Shown in pieces: positions 49,402-58,928 of a stretch of 64,000 nucleotides of DNA (its first letter is position 1; each line of letters opens with the position of its first letter). The DNA is taken from NCBI GenBank assembly GCA_965237905.1, contig OZ250172.1, positions 1,024,001 to 1,088,000 on the forward strand. The letters are read 5' to 3'. The notes beneath the pieces were generated by a model. That model was not told the DNA's origin. It saw nothing but the letters and a program-made list of their open reading frames with translations, and did no database searches. Position numbers and translations under genes: made by a program. This stretch comes from Nitrospinaceae bacterium (GTDB taxonomy: Bacteria; Nitrospinota; Nitrospinia; Nitrospinales; Nitrospinaceae).

Positions 49402-50073
49402 TCATTTTCTTGCCAGTTCTGAACCGTTGTTATCGCGTACCGCGCGAATCACACTGAGAGAATGCTGAATGCCCCCCTTCATGCTCGGATACGCCTTACC
49501 GCGGATATAATTATATCCCCAGGCCATATCGCCCTTGGCCTCTTCACTGCTCCAATAACAGCAATGGCTCTTCCCGAATATGGGATCGATATGCAGTTCG
49601 TTTTTGGTCCAGTAATAGTTCCAGGGAACCGATTGCTTTTCATCAAACAGAGTGGCCAACTCTTTACGGGTCGGCAAGCGCCAGGTACCCGCTCCCCCAA
49701 ATTTGGCTTCATTCAACTCGCGGATATAATCCTGGGCCTTATGCCAGTTGATCCACTGCTTGCGGACTTGATACGAATCGATCTGAACCCAGATCAGTTT
49801 TGTTTCGAGATCGGTCACGGTTCCGTTTTTATTATCCTGGAACCGAGGGTTATCGGAGGAGGGAGCGACGTCTGTTTTCGGCTCGGTCAACGTCAAAATC
49901 TGCCCGCCGAATTCATAATCCGTCTTGTCTTCCTTGGCCTGTTGCGCCGTCGGATTATCCGGTATCGGTTCGCCTGCCAGACCTGCAGAAGGAACAACCG
50001 CCAAGGCGATCGCCAAAAGTATTGCCTTCAATACCGGAAGGGCCTGCCGTTGAACCGGGTTGATCTCTGCCAT
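49402..50073 (-). CDS. DUF1566 domain protein 8 (exported)
   Basis: Hydrophobic signal-like N-terminus; RFQDNKNGTVTD, TWRLPT, YWSS and IRAVR motifs. Confidence 0.82.
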   Translation of the reverse strand: MAEINPVQRQALPVLKAILLAIALAVVPSAGLAGEPIPDNPTAQQAKEDKTDYEFGGQILTLTEPKTDVAPSSDNPRFQDNKNGTVTDLETKLIWVQIDSYQVRKQWINWHKAQDYIRELNEAKFGGAGTWRLPTRKELATLFDEKQSVPWNYYWTKNELHIDPIFGKSHCCYWSSEEAKGDMAWGYNYIRGKAYPSMKGGIQHSLSVIRAVRDNNGSELARK

Positions 50074-50089
50074 GCGTTGCCTCCTCACG

Positions 50090-51124
50090 CTACTCGTCCA
50101 TGGGAACCCAATCCGGCTCCCAAGACAGACACAACCCGGAGGGATTGTGAAACTGTTTTTCCTCATTACCCACCGATCCCCATTTGGCGACAAAATTCAA
50201 ATCCGGATCGAACTTTTGAATTCGATGGTTCAGCGTATCGACGACAAACACAAACCCGTAGGGGTCTTCAACCACCGCCATCGGGCAGTTGAACTGGCCG
50301 TCGCGTTTTCCGAATTCGCCAACGACCCGGATAAAGTTTCCTTCGCGATCGAATAACTGCATCCGGTTCTGGCTTTTTTCCACCACCAGCAGGGTGCCGT
50401 CGTTGCGTACGGTCAAATCGCAGGGAAAATTGAAACGCCCTTCCTCAAACCCGTACTCGCCGAACTTGGACAGAAACTGTCCCTCTTCATTGAAAATCTG
50501 GACGCGCTGGTTGTCGCGGTCGGCCACATAAATATTGCCCTCCTGATCCACCGCGACACCCGTGGGAAATTTACAGAACCCGTCAAAGTCTCCCGGAAAA
50601 CCGAACCCCAGCAGATATTCGCCGTCGTCGTCATACCGCTTGAGGGAATGGTTATGGGTATCGGCCACCAGGATGGTTCCTCCGGGTTCGGCAAGGATAG
50701 CCTCCGGCCAGTAGAACTTTTCCTGTCCCCAACCCTCGGTTCCCACCGAAAGAATAAAATCGCCTTCCGAATCGAATTTCTGGATGCGGTGGCACCCGGT
50801 ATCCGCCACCCAGACATTGCCTTCCTTGTCCACCGCCACGTCGAAGGGTCCCTTGAACACGCCTTCGCGATAAGGCGGCCGGGTACCGGCAGATTTACCG
50901 AACTGGAACAGATATTTGCCGTTACCGTCGAACTTCTGGATGCGGTCGTTCCCGGAATCCGCCACCCAGATATACAATTTGGAGTGATCGACATCCGCCC
51001 ATTTCGGTTGCTCTTCGGGAAGAATCTCTTCCGCCCCCTCGATCACCTCCAGGGTACCGGTACCGACAGACTCCTCGGTGTCTTCTTGGTTCACTGAATC
51101 CTGCTCTAAATCATCTTGCGCCAT
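50090..51124 (-). CDS. NHL-repeat beta-propeller with acidic N-terminus
   Basis: About six F..P.GVAVD..G...VAD..N.RIQKF repeats. Confidence 0.9.
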   Translation of the reverse strand: MAQDDLEQDSVNQEDTEESVGTGTLEVIEGAEEILPEEQPKWADVDHSKLYIWVADSGNDRIQKFDGNGKYLFQFGKSAGTRPPYREGVFKGPFDVAVDKEGNVWVADTGCHRIQKFDSEGDFILSVGTEGWGQEKFYWPEAILAEPGGTILVADTHNHSLKRYDDDGEYLLGFGFPGDFDGFCKFPTGVAVDQEGNIYVADRDNQRVQIFNEEGQFLSKFGEYGFEEGRFNFPCDLTVRNDGTLLVVEKSQNRMQLFDREGNFIRVVGEFGKRDGQFNCPMAVVEDPYGFVFVVDTLNHRIQKFDPDLNFVAKWGSVGNEEKQFHNPSGLCLSWEPDWVPMDE

Positions 51125-51312
51125 TGGATATCTTTCCTGTGGCCGGTACCGATGACCGGTGCGGCCTTGTCCTGATTACTAAAGACTCTTCTAAACGAAA
51201 ACGGAAGCCGGTGAAGGCTTCCGCATTGTATGTGTTCCCGGCTCAATCACAAGCCAGTATTTATATACCACACCCATCATGGGAAAAACCTTCAGGACTC
51301 CCCATTCCAGCC

Positions 51313-51927
51313 TTATTCCACCATGAATTTTTTCACATCCAGAATCTGGTACTCGAAGTCACAGGCGCCCTGCAATTCATCCAGACGCGCATTCCATTCG
51401 CGCTTGAAGTTATCCAGATTTTCCATGTTGGGTTTTTTCTTCATCAAGCCAACTTCCTTGTACACCGGCTTGACGAGATTTTTGTGGATTTCCTGAATCA
51501 CGTTGCGGACACGGATAATACAATCCTTGGTAACCGTCTCGCGGGTCACGCCATCTACTTTTTCCAGCAAACGCAGGAAGCCTTGAACGGAGCCGAGATG
51601 CTTGAGGTAGGCTTCCGCCAGCATGTGGTTGTATTTCAAACCGCAATCAATGTAACCGGCCATCAGATAAACGCCAACATGATGATCGAACTGCACCGAC
51701 AGGGTGATGAGTTTTTGGAGATAATCAACCTCACGGAGATCCTCTTCATCTTCCTCACCTTCCTTAAGCTCTTTCGCCGCTTTGGCTTTCTCGGCTTCCA
51801 GCTCTTTTTTTATTTTTTCCAGTTCGGAAAGGTCGCCTATAGGATCTTCCTGCCGCTGATTGTCCTCGGCATCCGCAGCCTCTTGTTGGTCCTTTACTTC
51901 TTCTGTATTGGTCTCTTGTTCGCTCAA
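51313..51927 (-). CDS. hypothetical helical protein with acidic N-terminus
   Basis: 204-aa ORF, TTG start after AAGGAG. Confidence 0.7.
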   Translation of the reverse strand: MSEQETNTEEVKDQQEAADAEDNQRQEDPIGDLSELEKIKKELEAEKAKAAKELKEGEEDEEDLREVDYLQKLITLSVQFDHHVGVYLMAGYIDCGLKYNHMLAEAYLKHLGSVQGFLRLLEKVDGVTRETVTKDCIIRVRNVIQEIHKNLVKPVYKEVGLMKKKPNMENLDNFKREWNARLDELQGACDFEYQILDVKKFMVE

Positions 51928-52246
51928 TGCCTTATCTCCTTCAAAGAAACAATAATCCGCCGGAGTGCTTCCGAAAATATATTCAAAATTAACGGTTTAG
52001 ACGATTTTTGTGGAATCAGTCGGATTATATAGGTTTCCCGTCAAGAGTGTCAAGACAATAAGCCCCACGCTTTCACAGGTTTTTCACAATGGGGTTCCAT
52101 GTAAAACCCTTTGTCCCTTAAGAACTTATACGCGATCTGCCGAGTGGCAAAAAGCTCAAAAACCCAAACCCCTGATTGACAGGGAGGAGGCCCCTCAACT
52201 ATGATGAATCTCAACAAATTCCAACTATTGAGCCGAAAGTCCCATC

Positions 52247-54058
52247 ATGAAAACAGCGTTGATTTTTCCACCGCAATGGTTTCCCAGCCAGCCTTATCTG
52301 GCTCTGCCGACACTGACCGCCTTTCTTCAGCACCACGGCCATGCGGTGGATCAATTTGATTTTAATATCGAAAGTTACGACACCTTCCTCCACCGTAGTT
52401 ACCTGGAGGAATGCCTGGGGAAAATCAAAGAACGCCTCAACCAGCCCGCCTACACGCCAGAGGAAAATGAAATCAAAGGGGTGTACCGGGAAATCCTGGG
52501 CGACACCGATTTTCTGGAATCCGTTCTGGACGGTGTGGAGGATGCCAAGAACGCTCTGAGAACCGAGGAGATGTTTTTCCAGTTCCCGGTTTACAAGCGG
52601 GCTTACACCACCCTGAAGGTGGCCATGCAGTTGATCTCCTACGCACATTTCCCGACCAAGGTGGACCTGGAATCGTTTTTCATGCAAGGCAATCCGGAGG
52701 AAAACCTGGAAGGGATTCTGCAAGCCACGGCGGACCCGGTCACCAACCCGTACCTCACTTTGTTTGAAAATCAGATGCTGTCCAAGGCGCCGTGGGACGA
52801 ATACGGCTTGGTGGGCATCTCGATCATTCACGTCGGACAGGTGATTGCCGGTTTAACGCTGGCCCGCCTGCTCCGCGAGAAGCACCCGCACCTTCACATC
52901 TGCATCGGCGGCAGTGTCTTCACCCGGCATTCCGGTATCATGGAAAACAAACAGGTTCTGTTTGAAAAAATATTTCACAGCATCATCCAATTCGAAGGCG
53001 AATACCCCCTGCTGAAACTGGTGGAACAACTCAAAGCCGGCGGCTCTTTGAGCGAGGTGCCGAATCTGACGTATCTCGATCAGGGCAAGGTGATCACCAA
53101 TGCCAAATCCGAGTCTCTCCCCTATGATCAACTGGTGCGGCCGACGTTCGACCAACTGCCGCTCGAAAAATATCTGATGCCCTACCCTGTCCTGCCCTAC
53201 ATGGCCAGCCGGGGATGTTACTGGGGCAAGTGCACATTTTGCACTCATAGCCACATCTACGACTCCTATTACCGTAAGGATAATGAGGAGCGCGTGGCGC
53301 TCGATCTCGATTACCTGGGCAAACGGTACGGCACGCGCTACTTCACCTTCTCGGATGAGGCCATTTCACCCAACGCGTTCAAGCGCATGTCCTATTCCGT
53401 GCTCAAGCACAAGGTGGACATGAGGGCGCTGGGCATGATCAAATTCGAGGCCGACACTGTCGAAAGCGAAGATCTGTTCAAGGATATGTTTGAGGCGGGA
53501 TTTATCATGTTGTTCTTCGGGCTGGAGAGCGCCAACGACCGCGTGCTGTCGATCATCGACAAAGGCTGTGACCAGAAAACCGAAGAAATGGTCCTCGAAA
53601 ACAGTTCGCGCGCCGGCATCTGGAATCATTTGTACCTGTTCTTCGGTTTTCCCACTGAGGAGCGGGAGGAGGCGGAAGACACCATCCAGTTCACCGTCGA
53701 TCATGGAGAACGGGGGTCGGGGTCTATCCATTCGGTCGGGCAATCGACTTTTACGTTGGAAAAGGACTCGGCCATCTTCCACAATCCGCAAAAATTTTCG
53801 ATCGACCGCATCCTGCACGACCCGGACCGCGACATGGCGATCATCTTCGATTACGAAATACAAAAGGGCATGCCGCGCAAGGAAATCATGGAAGTGTACG
53901 AACGGTTCGATGAGGTGCTGGAGGAACAGTTCCCCTCCCGCAAAATCTGGAATTACCTGTCGCGGGAGCATTTTCTGCTCTACCTGGACCGGTTCGGACG
54001 GGAAGAACTGTTGAAAATGGCACAGGACGAGGCGGTGACCGAAACGGTGGGGGCCTGA
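52247..54058 (+). CDS. B12-binding-domain radical SAM protein
   Basis: LIFPPQW, SRGCYWGKCTFC, FSDE, GLES and FFGFPTE motifs. Confidence 0.88.
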   Translation: MKTALIFPPQWFPSQPYLALPTLTAFLQHHGHAVDQFDFNIESYDTFLHRSYLEECLGKIKERLNQPAYTPEENEIKGVYREILGDTDFLESVLDGVEDAKNALRTEEMFFQFPVYKRAYTTLKVAMQLISYAHFPTKVDLESFFMQGNPEENLEGILQATADPVTNPYLTLFENQMLSKAPWDEYGLVGISIIHVGQVIAGLTLARLLREKHPHLHICIGGSVFTRHSGIMENKQVLFEKIFHSIIQFEGEYPLLKLVEQLKAGGSLSEVPNLTYLDQGKVITNAKSESLPYDQLVRPTFDQLPLEKYLMPYPVLPYMASRGCYWGKCTFCTHSHIYDSYYRKDNEERVALDLDYLGKRYGTRYFTFSDEAISPNAFKRMSYSVLKHKVDMRALGMIKFEADTVESEDLFKDMFEAGFIMLFFGLESANDRVLSIIDKGCDQKTEEMVLENSSRAGIWNHLYLFFGFPTEEREEAEDTIQFTVDHGERGSGSIHSVGQSTFTLEKDSAIFHNPQKFSIDRILHDPDRDMAIIFDYEIQKGMPRKEIMEVYERFDEVLEEQFPSRKIWNYLSREHFLLYLDRFGREELLKMAQDEAVTETVGA

Positions 54059-54082
54059 AATCCGCGTTCAGGTGACGGACAT

Positions 54083-54760
54083 ATGGAACTGCTACCTTCG
54101 ATCGCTGGTTTATTGGTCGCTCTCGGTGGGCCGCCTCTCGTCGCGCTGTACGGAACGCGTACCGCTTCCAAGCCAGCTTCCCTTACGACCAACCTCTTGT
54201 GCCAACTTGCGCTGTTGGGGCTCCTCCTGGCGATTGTACTAATTGTCTTGGTGTGGGAACAGGCGCCGCTGTCCTCGCTTGGCCTTCGTGGTGTCGACCT
54301 CTCCACGTTCACCTGGGCAGCCGGAGTCGCTGCGCTTTTCATCTTCGTGCTGGGCCCGATCATCGTGCGAATGCCAAAATGGTTGAGTCAGCCCGGATTT
54401 GAGAAGCCGCTTGGCGATCTACAGAAGTTGCCTGTGTGGTACCTGATCCTAGCCGTCTTCATCGGTGGATCGGTTGAGGAATTGCTCTACCGCGGCTTTG
54501 CAATCGAGCATCTGGCGCATATTATTGGAAGCGACTGGCTCGCTGCTGCCACCGTCATCGCGATGTTCGGCCTGGCCCATGTTCCGTTATGGGGCTGGGC
54601 ACCTGCGCTGACGGCGACATTCTCGGGCGCTGTTCTGACGATCTTCTATCTGTGGCATCGCGATCTCGTCGCAAATATCTTGGCGCATGTGACAACCGAC
54701 TTCGTGGGCATTGTTCTTCCTGTGCTTCTGGCAAAAACGCGGCGGACGGCATCGCAATAG
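54083..54760 (+). CDS. CPBP (Abi/CAAX) intramembrane metalloprotease
   Basis: EELLYRG, FGLAH and LAHVTTD motifs; multiple TM segments. Confidence 0.88.
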   Translation: MELLPSIAGLLVALGGPPLVALYGTRTASKPASLTTNLLCQLALLGLLLAIVLIVLVWEQAPLSSLGLRGVDLSTFTWAAGVAALFIFVLGPIIVRMPKWLSQPGFEKPLGDLQKLPVWYLILAVFIGGSVEELLYRGFAIEHLAHIIGSDWLAAATVIAMFGLAHVPLWGWAPALTATFSGAVLTIFYLWHRDLVANILAHVTTDFVGIVLPVLLAKTRRTASQ

Positions 54761-55084
54761 CTTATCGTTGAGCGATGTCGCGCCTGTCCGCTTCGGGTCG
54801 TTTTGAGCCGTTCGCATCACTGGCACCGACCGTCGGCAAGTGTCCCTTACGAAACGAATCGTCCTTTTCACATCACTAAGGGATCTTGTTGGCAGGCCGT
54901 CTCACCATCTTGGAATCGACCTTGACGGAGAAAGTCACTGAGACCCGCGTTCATCGGGCTCCTACCGGGGTCGCTCTGGGCAGAAAAGGTTGAGATTCCC
55001 ATTTGACATGCACCCGATGGATAACCTAGAATCAGAGCCATCCAAATTTATTTAATTTTTTGAGCATTTGAGAGGACCGAAGTT

Positions 55085-56191
55085 ATGGCGGATATTGATG
55101 TCAATGAGGATTTTAACCCTCAGGAGTTCCGGGAAAAACAGGAAAGCAAAAAGCAGTCGGATTTGATCACGATGAAAATCCATCCTGAAATCTGGGATGA
55201 ACTGGGAGTGCGCGACCCGGAGCAGATCAAGCTGGAAACCGCCATCATGAAAAAAACCCGGCAGATCAAAAAAGAACTCCGGACCGATCCCGACAACCTG
55301 GACAAGCAGGTGGAACTGGGCACCCTTTACATCGACGGGGGTAACTACGAAGATGCCATCAAAATGGTCCGGGCCGTAGTCAGTAAAGATCCCAAACATG
55401 CCCGCGCCCGTAAAGTCCTCGGCACCGGCTACGCGCTCAGCAACCAGGAAGATGAAGCCATCCGGGAACTCAACCGCGCGATAGAACTGGACCCCGACGA
55501 TGCTGAAACTCATTTCAACCTCGGTGGGGTGTACATGTTGCAGGACTCGTTTGGCAACGCAGAGCAGGAATTCAAGAAAGTGGCCAAGCTGGATCCATCG
55601 GATACCACCGCCTACGCCAATCTGGCCGCCGCGTACAACATGCAGAAAAATCACCTGGAAGAAATCCGGACATTGAAAAAAGTGCTGATGTTCGATCCGG
55701 AAAACAAGGAACTGCGCTCCGCCCTGAGCAACGCCTATTTTCATGTGGGCGATTTCGACGAATCACTCACCAGCGCCCTGTGCGTCATCGAACTGGATGA
55801 AAAGGACCCGCAGGCCTACTGCAACCTGGGAAGTATCTATTCCGCCCAGAACATGGTGGAAGAAGCGGTGGAAGCGTTCCAGAAAGCCATCGAGATGGAC
55901 CCGGAGTATTCGCTCCCGCACACCAATCTGGGAAGTTTGTACGGAACCATCGGGCGAGTCGAAAGCGCCATCAAGGAATTCAAAAAAGCCACCAGCCTCA
56001 ACTCCGGGGATGCCGAGGCCTGGCTGAATCTGTACCATTCCTATAAAGAAATCGGACGGCAGGAAGACGCCACCAAGGCCTATCAGAAGTTCGAAACGCT
56101 GACCAAGGCACCCGCACCCGGCGGCGGTAAAACTGAATTCTCCGGTGTTCCCGGCGGCGTGTCCACCACCGGCGATACGGCGGGTGAATAG
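55085..56191 (+). CDS. multi-TPR protein
   Basis: Repeated A..NLG..Y...G...EA...F.KAI..DP units. Confidence 0.88.
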   Translation: MADIDVNEDFNPQEFREKQESKKQSDLITMKIHPEIWDELGVRDPEQIKLETAIMKKTRQIKKELRTDPDNLDKQVELGTLYIDGGNYEDAIKMVRAVVSKDPKHARARKVLGTGYALSNQEDEAIRELNRAIELDPDDAETHFNLGGVYMLQDSFGNAEQEFKKVAKLDPSDTTAYANLAAAYNMQKNHLEEIRTLKKVLMFDPENKELRSALSNAYFHVGDFDESLTSALCVIELDEKDPQAYCNLGSIYSAQNMVEEAVEAFQKAIEMDPEYSLPHTNLGSLYGTIGRVESAIKEFKKATSLNSGDAEAWLNLYHSYKEIGRQEDATKAYQKFETLTKAPAPGGGKTEFSGVPGGVSTTGDTAGE

Positions 56192-56209
56192 CGGGGTAGC
56201 CCCCCGCTG

Positions 56210-56257
56210 GCAACTGGCTAACAGTTAACGGCAAGCGATGCATCTTGGAGCGCATTT
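56210..56257. repeat. third copy of dispersed ~48-bp element
   Basis: Hand alignment: 35/48 identical to 20402-20448 and 33/48 to 20499-20545. Confidence 0.65.
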
Positions 56258-56334
56258 AAAAATTAGATGTTCTCCGCGCCCTCTGTGGTAAATTCTACCC
56301 TCTGATCTACTATCTTCACTGATGCAAAGGTCTG

Positions 56335-57714
56335 ATGGCCCGTACGGATTCACAACTTCTGCCGCTCGGCGATTTCAAACCCTCGGATGAGTGGCAGACG
56401 CACGTCAATGCCATTTTCTACGGGATCAAGGGTCCCGCAATCCATCACCATTTCCAGACTTACGTTAGCCGCGATTACCGGCTGGCACATGCTCTTGCTG
56501 ACGGGTTTCTGAAGGATGTTCAGGAACGCGGCCCGGCCGACGGTCCGATCCATATTCAAGAATGGGGCGTCGGCAACGGCAACCTGGCGGCGCGTTTCCT
56601 GGCGCGCCTGAAATCCGCCGATACCGATCAGACGGTCTACCCGCGCATCCACTACACGCTGTGTGACTACTCCGAGGAAATTTTAAATGGCGTGCGCGCC
56701 AACCCGAATCTGCAGGAACATGAAGGCCGTTATTTTTTGAAGCGGGTCAACGCGGAAACGCAGGACGATTTCGAACCGCACTCGGTGCATAAAATCATCT
56801 CCAACGAAATCTGGGACGATCTTGCGACAAGCGTCTTGCTCAAAAACGACGGCATGCTGTACGAGGAGTACCTGCAACCGCTCCTGCCGCAGAACATCCC
56901 GAACATTCTCTCGCTCGTCGAGCAGTTCAGCGAAAAGAATCTGGATGCGCTGAAAAGCCATCCGCCGTTTCTGGAAGATATCGTGTGGGAACGCAGTTTC
57001 CAGCGCACCGATATCTCGGACTGGCCATACGGCGAAGTCATCCTGAAACATCTGGACCGGCTGGAGGACGAAATCCTCATCCCTGTCAACACCGGCGCAT
57101 TTCAAACCGTCGAGCGGGCACAACGCATGCTCGCCGAAAATAATCTGGGATACACCTCGCTCGATTACGGCATGCTGTCCGATCACGAACTCAACTGGCG
57201 GGGCCGCCCCTATTACAAACTGTACGGCGGACAGTACACCTCGATGGTGAACTTTCCGTTGATCGCGGAGGTGGCACAAGCGGTCGGGTTCGCCGACGTT
57301 CAGTGGGAGCATCAACACGATTTTGTCGGACGCAATCTATCGGAGAACGTGTTGAGTGCCTTGGAGCTGGTGCAGGTTCATCCCAAAATTTCACGCATGG
57401 AGCCGTGGGACGCGGACCTCCTGATGCTTCAGACCCTGCAGGCGTTGAACGCCTCGTACCGGAGTCCCTACAAGAGCCAAATGGATTATCCCCCTATGCC
57501 CGGCACCCCCAAGAAACAGCGCAAACAGATCGCCGAGCTGGCGAAAAACCTGAGCGCCACCGGCGTACCGGATACCGTGGCCTACATCACAGAAAGCGAA
57601 GTGACCGACTCCACCGGACGCCTCAAAAAACTCGGCTACGGCGAACGCGATTTGAAAGCCGCATTCGATCGCACCACCCAACCCATCGCCTTCGGCCACA
57701 TGACTTTGCGGTAA
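56335..57714 (+). CDS. SAM-dependent methyltransferase (MidA/NDUFAF7-like)
   Basis: QEWGVGNGNLA, IISNEIWDDL, LDYG and TSMVNF motifs. Confidence 0.75.
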   Translation: MARTDSQLLPLGDFKPSDEWQTHVNAIFYGIKGPAIHHHFQTYVSRDYRLAHALADGFLKDVQERGPADGPIHIQEWGVGNGNLAARFLARLKSADTDQTVYPRIHYTLCDYSEEILNGVRANPNLQEHEGRYFLKRVNAETQDDFEPHSVHKIISNEIWDDLATSVLLKNDGMLYEEYLQPLLPQNIPNILSLVEQFSEKNLDALKSHPPFLEDIVWERSFQRTDISDWPYGEVILKHLDRLEDEILIPVNTGAFQTVERAQRMLAENNLGYTSLDYGMLSDHELNWRGRPYYKLYGGQYTSMVNFPLIAEVAQAVGFADVQWEHQHDFVGRNLSENVLSALELVQVHPKISRMEPWDADLLMLQTLQALNASYRSPYKSQMDYPPMPGTPKKQRKQIAELAKNLSATGVPDTVAYITESEVTDSTGRLKKLGYGERDLKAAFDRTTQPIAFGHMTLR

Positions 57715-57819
57715 ATCACCCCGCCTCTTGTTTCCCATGAAAATTCGTCGTTTCAAACTCCCAATACCGGGCCGGAACGGGTATGATGTGGGGTAATCAC
57801 CCTTTTGGACGTTTTCGTT

Positions 57820-58839
57820 ATGCTCAGTATTTTTGTCGAGGTCAGTTGCGGTCGTTACCTGAAGGACGAGTGCACCTTCTGCCACGTCTACGAACCGCTC
57901 ATGCAGATGCCGAAATCCGACTGGCACCTGACCCCCGCCCAGGCGCAATTGATGGCGGATAAAATCCGGCAAGTGGAAGTGCTGAACACCCTGGCCCAGC
58001 ACGAGATCAACCTGACCGGCGGCGAGGCGTCGCAGAATCCCGAAATCGTCGACATCTTCAAAATTTTCAAAGCCGTCACCCCCAACGTCTGCCTGCACAC
58101 CAACCTCGATATCAAGTCGGAAGAAACCAAACGCTGGCAGAAGCTGGTGGAGATCATGCAGCTCGGCGGGCGCATCGACATCACCCTCTACCCGACGGTG
58201 TGGGAAGAACGGCAAAAACCGTTACTTGCGGAGATGATGACCCTGCAGAACAAACTGCTGGTCAATGTGGTCTTCGAATCAGTGACCGATCTCGCCATGC
58301 AGTTGGGCCTGCTGGTGGATTTTTTCAGTACCGTGAAACCGGAGGTTCCGGAGATCGCGACTCTGCTCGACGAGTATCTCGGCAAGGTCCAATACCTGGT
58401 GGAACACAACCCCAACTGCGACGAGACGATTTACACGACGCACATGGGAGATACCGGATCGTTCACGCGGTCGGGGGATTTTATTTTCGGGATCAATTTA
58501 TTACCGGCGTTCGGAATGGACGAACAGGGACGGCGCGCCATGACATCCAATCCGTTTCCGAAAAACACCTACCTGTTGGAATGCGTCGCGGCGCGGGGGT
58601 CCATCGAAATCATGACGGTCCAGCAGAACGGCAACATGACGCCCTGCTGTGACGTTGGCAACCTGAAGTGCCTGCCGACCTTCGGTAATTTATTTGAAGA
58701 TTCGCCCGAGGAAATCGAGACGAAGTTCGAGGCATCACGCCGGAAGATCGAGGCGGGGATTCATAAAAACAAGGTCAACCTCAAGAGCGAGAAAGCGGGA
58801 CAATGGGTGGAGGAAGGCATCCCGCCCTATTGCCTGTAA
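57820..58839 (+). CDS. radical SAM protein with CX7CX2C motif
   Basis: CGRYLKDECTFC, NLTGGEA, HTN and C-terminal PCC..FGN. Confidence 0.75.
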   Translation: MLSIFVEVSCGRYLKDECTFCHVYEPLMQMPKSDWHLTPAQAQLMADKIRQVEVLNTLAQHEINLTGGEASQNPEIVDIFKIFKAVTPNVCLHTNLDIKSEETKRWQKLVEIMQLGGRIDITLYPTVWEERQKPLLAEMMTLQNKLLVNVVFESVTDLAMQLGLLVDFFSTVKPEVPEIATLLDEYLGKVQYLVEHNPNCDETIYTTHMGDTGSFTRSGDFIFGINLLPAFGMDEQGRRAMTSNPFPKNTYLLECVAARGSIEIMTVQQNGNMTPCCDVGNLKCLPTFGNLFEDSPEEIETKFEASRRKIEAGIHKNKVNLKSEKAGQWVEEGIPPYCL

Positions 58840-58860
58840 CCGGGCAACGCCCGTAGGATA

Positions 58861-58903
58861 AAAAACGGCGGGACCCTGATGGCTATCAGGATTCCGCCGT
58901 TTT
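58861..58903. terminator. bidirectional intrinsic terminator
   Basis: AAAACGGCGG..CCTGAT/ATCAGG..CCGCCGTTTT stem between convergent genes. Confidence 0.75.
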
Positions 58904-58928
58904 GAGATTTTTCGGTTAACGAAAACTT

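Noticed and set aside
42771..50073. Diversity-generating retroelement acting on DUF1566 genes
   Set aside because: No reverse transcriptase and no near-identical TR/VR pair with adenine-specific mismatches visible in the window
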